A stretch of DNA of 16,022 nucleotides from a virus (lineage: Duplodnaviria > Heunggongvirae > Uroviricota > Caudoviricetes): positions 1 through 16,022 of IMG/VR virus record IMGVR_UViG_2526164666_000036; one strand, written 5' to 3'. Positions within the stretch are counted from its first letter, which is position 1; each line of letters begins with the position of its first letter. Positions 7,167 through 13,229 of the stretch are shown piece by piece. Below the pieces are notes generated by a model. The model searched no databases. It was not told the origin of the DNA and saw only the letters and a program-made list of their open reading frames with translations. The position numbers were made by a program, and so were the translations under genes.

Positions 7167-7937
7167 TCACTTTTCCGATACAACACGGCGGGAAGAATCA
7201 GTAATCTGTCGAACAATATCCCGGTGCTTGTTCAGCTCCCGCAGCGCGGCGCAGACTCGCTCCCACTTCTGAACATCACTTTTCGCCCTGCGCAGCGCCA
7301 GGTTTGCCCTGCGAAGGGACGGAAAAATCAGCTCATCTGCTTGCGTTTCGGTAAACGATGGCAACGGCTGCACAATGTCCGCCACAGTTTCTGTTTTAAT
7401 TTCTTCCTGTGTTGCGGCTTCCCGGACTGGTAACGCAGCACCTGCTGGCTGAGGAAAGGCCTTACCATCACTTTCCGTTACCAGCGCGGCTTTCGGCTCT
7501 GCTGGTAAATTATCGCCCGGCATGCAGTAACGAAATTTACCGTTCTGATTAACGCGTGCCAGCCGCCCCGTTGCGGTTACCACCGCCAGCGTGGAAGCAA
7601 CCTTGCGAGTACTGACACCGAACTTACCCGCCAGTTCCTCACACGTTTTAGCCCCATCCTGACCGATAAACTCAATCATCATGTCTGCGGTAACTTTTTG
7701 TTCGACCTCCCCGGTCAGCATATCCTGTGCTTCAGATTTTACTGGCCGCTCTTCGGTTACCCGGGATTCACCTTCGCCAGCCAGAAACCAGGTGTGACCC
7801 GTTTTATCAACAACGCCATTTTTTTTGAGTTCCCACAGTTCGTTGAGAACTTCTTCACGGCTGATATCAAGCCGCGCCGCCAGTTCAACAGAATTGGCTT
7901 TACCCATCGCTTTCAGTGCATGCAATACGGTTTCCAT
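7167..7937 (-). CDS. Hypothetical protein with two winged-helix-like repeats, 256 aa
   Basis: ATG at 7937 preceded by GGAGGA 7 nt upstream; two similar segments ([24 protein letters not shown] and [24 protein letters not shown]). Confidence 0.6.
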   Translation of the reverse strand: METVLHALKAMGKANSVELAARLDISREEVLNELWELKKNGVVDKTGHTWFLAGEGESRVTEERPVKSEAQDMLTGEVEQKVTADMMIEFIGQDGAKTCEELAGKFGVSTRKVASTLAVVTATGRLARVNQNGKFRYCMPGDNLPAEPKAALVTESDGKAFPQPAGAALPVREAATQEEIKTETVADIVQPLPSFTETQADELIFPSLRRANLALRRAKSDVQKWERVCAALRELNKHRDIVRQITDSSRRVVSEK

Positions 7938-7966
7938 TAAAACTTCCTCCGGATAAAAATTACTTC

Positions 7967-8707
7967 TCAGTTCCTGTGCTGGCTGACGTTCGGACGCCAG
8001 CTCTCCCAGTTAAACGTCACCCAGCGACCACCGTTCATGGACATGCGGTCCATCACCCGCTCGCCGAGAAGTGTATTCATCGCTGCATGGTTAAGATTTG
8101 TCAGCATCCCCACACTGAGTAACGATGCCGTTCTGCGGTCAACAATCTGATTCAGCGTGACCTGCTCATTACGCGTATCCCGTTGCATGCCAATTTCATC
8201 CAGTACCAGCAGGTCAACGCCACACAATCCCTGCAAAAATTTTTCGCCCGAGTTTTTGTTGTCGTAGCTGCCATGTAACGCCAGCATCACATCCGCCACT
8301 GTTATCACAATCACACTGCGACCTTTCGCCAGAAGGTGGTTGCCAATAGCCGCCGCCAGGTGGTTTTTTCCTGTGCCAGGCCTGCCACTGAAAACAAAAT
8401 TCGTACAGCCGCCTTCCAGCTCTGCCGCAATGGATTTCGCCTGACTCAGGGCATGGCGCTGACCATCGTTCTGCACCCGGTAGTTACCGAACGTACACTT
8501 CCGGTGAAGCGGCTGGATACCGGAGCGGTTAATGATTTTTTCAACCCGCGTCTGATGATTCAGACGATTAACCTCCTCGCTTCGCTTACGCCCTTCAGCA
8601 AGCTGCCATTCCCGCCACTCCGCCACCGTACGGTACGGAGGGATTGCATCCTGCGGCACAAATCTGCTGACTCTTGCCAGAACACCACCTGACGTAATGT
8701 TTTTCAT
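7967..8707 (-). CDS. DnaC-like replicative helicase loader (YdaV-like / phage P analogue), 246 aa
   Basis: Walker [16 protein letters not shown] and Walker B LLVLDEIG; immediately downstream of the O-like initiator gene. Confidence 0.85.
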   Translation of the reverse strand: MKNITSGGVLARVSRFVPQDAIPPYRTVAEWREWQLAEGRKRSEEVNRLNHQTRVEKIINRSGIQPLHRKCTFGNYRVQNDGQRHALSQAKSIAAELEGGCTNFVFSGRPGTGKNHLAAAIGNHLLAKGRSVIVITVADVMLALHGSYDNKNSGEKFLQGLCGVDLLVLDEIGMQRDTRNEQVTLNQIVDRRTASLLSVGMLTNLNHAAMNTLLGERVMDRMSMNGGRWVTFNWESWRPNVSQHRN

Positions 8708-8713
8708 GGTGCG

Positions 8714-9682
8714 CTACCCCCTGAAACCCGGCGGAATTTCGGTATCCGGTTCAGAAATATGATTCACGCAACGCTGCGCGGGCGAACGCCCCAGGCGGAT
8801 AACCAGTTCATCCCATTTTTCCCGGAGTTTTGCCGGACTCATGATGTTTTTTACCCAGAACGAATCCCGTTGAACACGCCCAAACATTTCACAAATCTGT
8901 CGGTGACTACGTCCATCCAGCATACGCATCATGCGCACATCATTCGCCCAGGTCGTCCAGTTAGGCTCTCTGGGGCGTGATACCTCCCCATCATCACTGG
9001 CGGCCTGTTCATACAACGCAACAACCCGTCCCCAGATCCACTGTGCACACGTCAAATCCTCCCGGGTTCCCCACTGTCGCTTTGGTACATTCCAGGTATG
9101 CGCATCCGGGTGTTTCTCCAGAAATCGCTCGACCGGTGATGCTTGTTTTTCGTCCGGCAGTGAAACGTCCGGACAAGAAGATCTTTTATCTGACGGATCA
9201 GGTTTTAATACTGACGGATCGGGGTCAATCATCGCCCCCCTAATCGGCAGTTTTTTATCAACAGTTGATCCATCAAAATTTGACGGGTCAACCGTTGAGG
9301 GGTCAATATTTGACGGGTCAACTGTTAACGGGTCATTTTTTGCCGGGCTAATTTTTCTTTTCGGTTTATATGACTCACGCGCCGCCGCCGCAGCTGCTTC
9401 GAGTTTTTCCACATTAAGCCGATAGATATTGCTTACATTACGCCCACCGACCTTACGCTCTTCCTTCGTCAGCCAGCCCTCTTTCGCCAGTTCTGCAATA
9501 GCCGATTTCACTGTGGATTCACTTCTTGCACCGATCTGACGCCGGATAGTTTCAATGGCAGGCCATGACACGCCCTCGTCATTGCTGTAGTCTGCAAGAC
9601 GGGCCATAACCGCCACCCTGGATAAGATCATGCCGGTGAAGGCGCACCCTTCCCAGACAAGACCATGAAGCTTGCTGCTCAT
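8714..9682 (-). CDS. Replication initiator O-like protein (YdaU-like) with N-terminal HTH
   Basis: ATG at 9682 (alternative GTG at 9697); central linker DPLTVDPSNIDPSTVDPSNFDGSTVD is encoded by the DNA iterons, as with ori inside lambda O. Confidence 0.75.
   Translation of the reverse strand: MSSKLHGLVWEGCAFTGMILSRVAVMARLADYSNDEGVSWPAIETIRRQIGARSESTVKSAIAELAKEGWLTKEERKVGGRNVSNIYRLNVEKLEAAAAAARESYKPKRKISPAKNDPLTVDPSNIDPSTVDPSNFDGSTVDKKLPIRGAMIDPDPSVLKPDPSDKRSSCPDVSLPDEKQASPVERFLEKHPDAHTWNVPKRQWGTREDLTCAQWIWGRVVALYEQAASDDGEVSRPREPNWTTWANDVRMMRMLDGRSHRQICEMFGRVQRDSFWVKNIMSPAKLREKWDELVIRLGRSPAQRCVNHISEPDTEIPPGFRG
9190..9340. repeat. Iteron array: candidate prophage replication origin inside the O-like gene
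   Basis: Repeated GACGG(A/G)TC at 9192, 9213, 9281, 9311; palindromic cores TCAACAGTTGA (9257-9267) and TCAACCGTTGA (9287-9297); exact 13-bp repeat TTTGACGGGTCAA 30 bp apart; followed by an AT-rich stretch at 9334-9370. Confidence 0.6.
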
Positions 9683-9704
9683 AAAACCCCCGAACACCGT
9701 GCTT

Positions 9705-10130
9705 TTAGTGCATCACCACAGCATTCCCTGCCGGGCCGCCGCGATTCATCTGGTCATACAAAACAACCGCTGACGCAACAAAATCATCGACATCCTTCAC
9801 CAGCCGATCCCTCCGTTCGACGATCTCACGGTAATATTCAGAACTGTGGCTGCGCATACGGGCCACCAGCAAAGGCGGCATCGCCTTTTCGATCGCCGGT
9901 AACAGAGCCTGCATTTTTTCAACAGCATCAGGGGTGTCTTTCTCTACCCAGCGGAAAATTTTCTGGGTATTGCGAGCCAGGGCTTCCGGATGGCTGTCGT
10001 CATACAGTTCTGGGAACGTCATACCCAACTCAAAATAAGCCTGGGTTATTCCAGCTGCTGGAACTTTTTCGCCATCAGGACGCGCCCAGGCATTCATCGC
10101 CATGCGGATGTGTTCATGCTTGATTTTCAT
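9705..10130 (-). CDS. YdaT-like protein (CII-position regulator), 141 aa
   Basis: Begins MKIKHEHI; AGGAG SD; directly downstream of, and overlapping by 17 nt, the Cro-like gene, as in Rac ydaS-ydaT. Confidence 0.65.
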   Translation of the reverse strand: MKIKHEHIRMAMNAWARPDGEKVPAAGITQAYFELGMTFPELYDDSHPEALARNTQKIFRWVEKDTPDAVEKMQALLPAIEKAMPPLLVARMRSHSSEYYREIVERRDRLVKDVDDFVASAVVLYDQMNRGGPAGNAVVMH

Positions 10131-10395
10131 GAATCAAGCTCCTAGAAAGTGGTTGTGTTAACGTTTTGGTATCTTCCAGCTCGGGCCAAATATTCATCCA
10201 ATCAAAAGGCCTTAGTTGCTGACGTGTAACTTCACCATTACTGGCTCGCTCAATAAGGACACATAACGATGCCCCTAACACTTGACCTTTACTCAATGCC
10301 TTTCTTAGATAACCGATGCTGGTACCACACTCGCATGCAAACATACGCTGTTCATCTGACGAAAGAGAATTGAGAAATATTCTTAATTCTTCCAT
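10114..10395 (-). CDS. Cro-like HTH regulator (YdaS/DicC family), 93 aa
   Basis: HTH-like FACECGTSIGYLRKALS and IERASNGEV...LRP pattern; AAGGAG SD 5 nt upstream of ATG; divergent from the repressor gene. Confidence 0.7.
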   Translation of the reverse strand: MEELRIFLNSLSSDEQRMFACECGTSIGYLRKALSKGQVLGASLCVLIERASNGEVTRQQLRPFDWMNIWPELEDTKTLTQPLSRSLIHENQA

Positions 10396-10495
10396 AGCTA
10401 CTCCTTAGTAAACACAGCAAAGAATACCCACAGGTAAACAAAAGTCAATACCCACAGGTTGTTTACCTTGCGGTAATCGCATCTATTATTTACCT
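10396..10495. promoter_or_regulatory. Divergent immunity promoter/operator region
   Basis: Direct repeats AATACCCACAGGT at 10423-10435 and 10447-10459, plus TTTACCTATGGA at the repressor ATG. Minus strand carries TTGACT-16-TATTCT for the Cro-like gene. On the plus strand TATTAT (10484-10489) sits 6 nt before the repressor ATG with no SD, implying a leaderless mRNA. Confidence 0.55.
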
Positions 10496-10915
10496 ATGGA
10501 CAAATATGAATTTAGACGACAGCAACTCATCAAAATTCGTGATGAGAAATGCGATGGTAAAGCGGTTAACGTGGCCAGAAAGATCGGGCGCGAGCCTTCT
10601 TATGTATCAAGAATGTTGTACCCAGAGGGGAAAAAGGGAAAAAAACGGATCGCTGATGATATGGTGGAGATTATCGAAGAGTCCTTTGGGTTACCCCGGG
10701 GATGGATGGATGGTATCGTTTCATCATCAACGAACACAGCCTCCAGTTATGAAACAAGGGTTCTAACGCCACGACAACGTATTTTTTTAGATCTCTTAGA
10801 CGAACTGCCAGAAAGTGAAGCGGATAAATTATTAAAAACTCTTGAAGAGAAAAAACAGTATTACAATATGATCTACGAAGAAATCCGTAAAAAGAAAGCA
10901 CAAAACGCATCATAG
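10496..10915 (+). CDS. cI-type prophage repressor (DicA/RacR-like), 139 aa
   Basis: Divergent from the Cro-like gene; N-terminal HTH region; C-terminal LPESEADKLLKTLEEKK resembles the DicA C-terminus as I recall it. Confidence 0.75.
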   Translation: MDKYEFRRQQLIKIRDEKCDGKAVNVARKIGREPSYVSRMLYPEGKKGKKRIADDMVEIIEESFGLPRGWMDGIVSSSTNTASSYETRVLTPRQRIFLDLLDELPESEADKLLKTLEEKKQYYNMIYEEIRKKKAQNAS

Positions 10916-10955
10916 CTCACCAAACAACTAGTCACCAGTTAAGACACCGCAAAAA

Positions 10956-10997
10956 TTTACCCATGGGTATTTACTTTTTAAATACCTATGGGTATCC
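10956..10997. promoter_or_regulatory. Two palindromic operator-like sites at the early operon promoter
   Basis: TTTACCCATGGGTATTT (10956-10972, perfect palindrome TACCCATGGGTA) and AATACCTATGGGTATCC (10981-10997), same half-site as the divergent region; overlap candidate -35/-10 hexamers. Confidence 0.5.
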
Positions 10998-11180
10998 TTC
11001 TTTTCATACCAACCCACCCCGCCCCACAGAATGCAGGGCAATACTTCGAGTTACCAGGCAGTGGTCAGGGGTTAAGTAGCCAGCCCGAGGCGTAAGAACA
11101 TGACGGCAGGGTTCAACTTTAATAACTATGCAGCAGGTTTTTGTTCCGCTACCCCGGCGTTAAGGGGAAATGAGGTCAGC

Positions 11181-11333
11181 ATGGATACTATCGATCTTGG
11201 CAACAACGAATCTCTGGTATGTGGCGTGTTTCCCAATCAGGACGGCACGTTTACCGCGATGACGTATACCAGAAGCAAAACGTTTAAAACGGAAGCTGGC
11301 GCGCGTCGCTGGTTAGCAAGAAACTCTGACTGA
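11181..11333 (+). CDS. Small protein YdfA/YdaF-like, 50 aa
   Basis: ATG at 11181 with GAGG 5 nt upstream; MDTIDLGNNESLV... resembles Qin YdfA as I recall it; first gene after the repressor. Confidence 0.55.
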   Translation: MDTIDLGNNESLVCGVFPNQDGTFTAMTYTRSKTFKTEAGARRWLARNSD

Positions 11334-11344
11334 TGAGGTTGACG

Positions 11345-11983
11345 ATGGAATTTAAAGATTTACCTCCTTCAATCCAGGAGATTGCAGCACACACACTTCG
11401 TCATCGTCTGAACGAACTTGAATTGGAATCGGTAACGAAAAAAGACACTGATAATATGGCTCGTAATGTGCGCGATGCGTTTACCGGATTGTATTTCTGT
11501 GCGTCTATAAATAAACACGACTCAGAGAGTGTGGCAAATAAAATTGCAGAAACGACAGCGCAAAACATCAATACGAAACCAACGGAAGAAGAAATTGATC
11601 AGTTTGCTCATGATGCTGGTTTAAAAAACAAGAAAGAAAAATCGCCATATGCGGGGAACATGTTTGTTTATGACAATCTCATCAGAATTCGTGGCGAAAT
11701 TCCGGCGGAATACCTGGCAAGAGTCCATCAGGCATTGCTTAAAAATTTGGAAACAGAATTATTTGATGGCAACACTAACGGTTTCTTCATGGTATCAGGC
11801 CTTGAGAAAGACTGGGATGCAGAAAAACGCTGGAATGTTGCTACATGGTTATTCAGTAACAGAGCCGCTGCACTGGAAGCTTCGGCATGTATTTGCGGCC
11901 TGTTCTTAACAGACCACAAATATAATCTGGATGTGTACAGTTATATTTACGCTGAACACGGTCCACTCTGGATTGACTGGTAA
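11345..11983 (+). CDS. Hypothetical protein of unknown function, 212 aa
   Basis: ATG at 11345 with GAGG 7 nt upstream (alternative ATG at 11333 overlapping the upstream stop); no motif I recognise. Confidence 0.6.
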   Translation: MEFKDLPPSIQEIAAHTLRHRLNELELESVTKKDTDNMARNVRDAFTGLYFCASINKHDSESVANKIAETTAQNINTKPTEEEIDQFAHDAGLKNKKEKSPYAGNMFVYDNLIRIRGEIPAEYLARVHQALLKNLETELFDGNTNGFFMVSGLEKDWDAEKRWNVATWLFSNRAAALEASACICGLFLTDHKYNLDVYSYIYAEHGPLWIDW

Positions 11984-12531
11984 TTATAAGGAAACACCAG
12001 CAGGGCCGCGGCGACCAACAGAACGATTAAAATCAATAATGCCATTATAAAGGACATTATTTAATTTATCGTCGAATGCTGATTCTGTGAGCCTCAACTC
12101 TGAATGAGTTTTTAATAACCCTGATTGCCTGAGTTGATTTACCAGGCATTCAATCTGTTTTTCAATAAGCGGATTTCTTTTTTGTTTGGCATTTTATCCT
12201 CCATTGAGGTTCTGGGTTAAAAATGGAGACCAACACGCTGTCACGTGTGGTCGTGCGCCGGACACGGATAAGAATCCGGTACTGACAGTTTACTGAAAGG
12301 ATATTTCCCTGAAAAGTCAGTGCATAACGCGAAAGCGTACGGCGAAGCTCTTTCCCTTAGAAGGCTTGTCGTTAGATTTCTTCGAACGTGCGCTTCCGGT
12401 TGTGGCACTCCGCGAAATGGCGCGGCGGTAAGTATGGCGGGGTTATTCCTTCCCCAGTTGAGGACACCGGGTTGTCAGGTTGACCATACGCTTAAGTGAC
12501 AACCCCGCTACAACGCCCTCTGTTATCAATA

Positions 12532-12589
12532 TTCTGGTGACATTTGGCGGTATCAGTTTTACTCCGTGACTGCTCTGCCGCCCTTTTTT
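12532..12589 (+). ncRNA. dicF: DicF small regulatory RNA
   Basis: TTCTGGTGACATTTGGCGGTATCAGTTTTACTCCGTGACTGCTCTGCCGCCCTTTTTT matches DicF as I recall it, apart from one or two changes near the 5' end; ends in its own GC-hairpin plus U-tract terminator; lies just upstream of dicB. Confidence 0.85.
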
Positions 12590-12759
12590 AAAAGTGAATT
12601 TTGTGATGCGGTGAATGCGGCTCAGCGCACGCGGAACAGTTAAAACCAAAAACAGTGTTATGGGTGGATTCTCTGTATCCGGCGTTAATTGTTAACTGGT
12701 TAACGTCACCTGGAGGCACCAGGCACCGCATCACAAAATTCATTGTTGAGGACGCGATA

Positions 12760-12948
12760 ATGGAAAAGTTATCATGTAATGCCAGCACGTCTGAACTTCG
12801 TTTCGAAATTGGCGTTATCACTGGAGACAAAACATTTATTGAAGACGCCATTAAGCAGAGAAAACTCGAGCAGGACCTGTTAAATGAAGTATGCATTCCT
12901 TCAATGCTGGCTCGTCTGGACCTGCTGCAAAAAGGATATAAACAATGA
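12760..12948 (+). CDS. dicB: Cell division inhibitor DicB, 62 aa
   Basis: ATG at 12760 with GAGGA upstream; shares FEIGV, EDAI, SMLARL blocks with K-12 DicB; directly downstream of DicF. Confidence 0.8.
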   Translation: MEKLSCNASTSELRFEIGVITGDKTFIEDAIKQRKLEQDLLNEVCIPSMLARLDLLQKGYKQ

Positions 12949-13136
12949 ATACAACATTTGCACTCGTTCTGACAGTTTATCTTGTTTCCGGCGAATCTCT
13001 TGAGCTGGTGACTGGCTTATACGGTTCAATGAAAGAATGCATGGCTGCAGCAGCAGAACAAAAAATTCCCGGTAACTGTTATCCGGTAGATAAAACTACT
13101 CACACTAATAATAACGAAATACCGGCAGGACTTTAA
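12945..13136 (+). CDS. ydfD: YdfD-like small membrane/lysis protein, 63 aa
   Basis: ATG overlaps the dicB stop (ATGA); AAGGA SD; hydrophobic N-terminus TTFALVLTVYLVSG; same position as ydfD in Qin. Confidence 0.65.
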   Translation: MNTTFALVLTVYLVSGESLELVTGLYGSMKECMAAAAEQKIPGNCYPVDKTTHTNNNEIPAGL

Positions 13137-13229
13137 AACAGCACCGTAATTAATATCCGGTTTCATTTTTATATGCCAGCAATGGCAGGGATTTGTTCAC
13201 CCTTAAATCTGTAATGAGGTTAAAACAAA

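Noticed and set aside
8931-9425. 164-aa plus-strand ORF (and 8977-9243, 8759-8980, 8336-8692) inside the replication genes
   Set aside because: Antisense shadow ORFs of well-supported minus-strand genes; repetitive Ser/Gly-rich translation produced by the iteron repeats; no SD.
9665-10123. 152-aa plus-strand ORF overlapping the YdaT-like gene
   Set aside because: Fully antisense to a gene with a good SD and family-like sequence; Pro/Ser/His-rich low-complexity translation.
12223-12285. 20-codon plus-strand ORF (METNTLSRVVVRRTRIRIRY) as a ydfC remnant
   Set aside because: Too short, weak SD, and I cannot match it to YdfC from memory; left as part of the structured untranslated region.
12443-12896. 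Minus-strand ORFs of 68 and 102 aa overlapping DicF and dicB
   Set aside because: Antisense to a recognised sRNA and to dicB; no SD.
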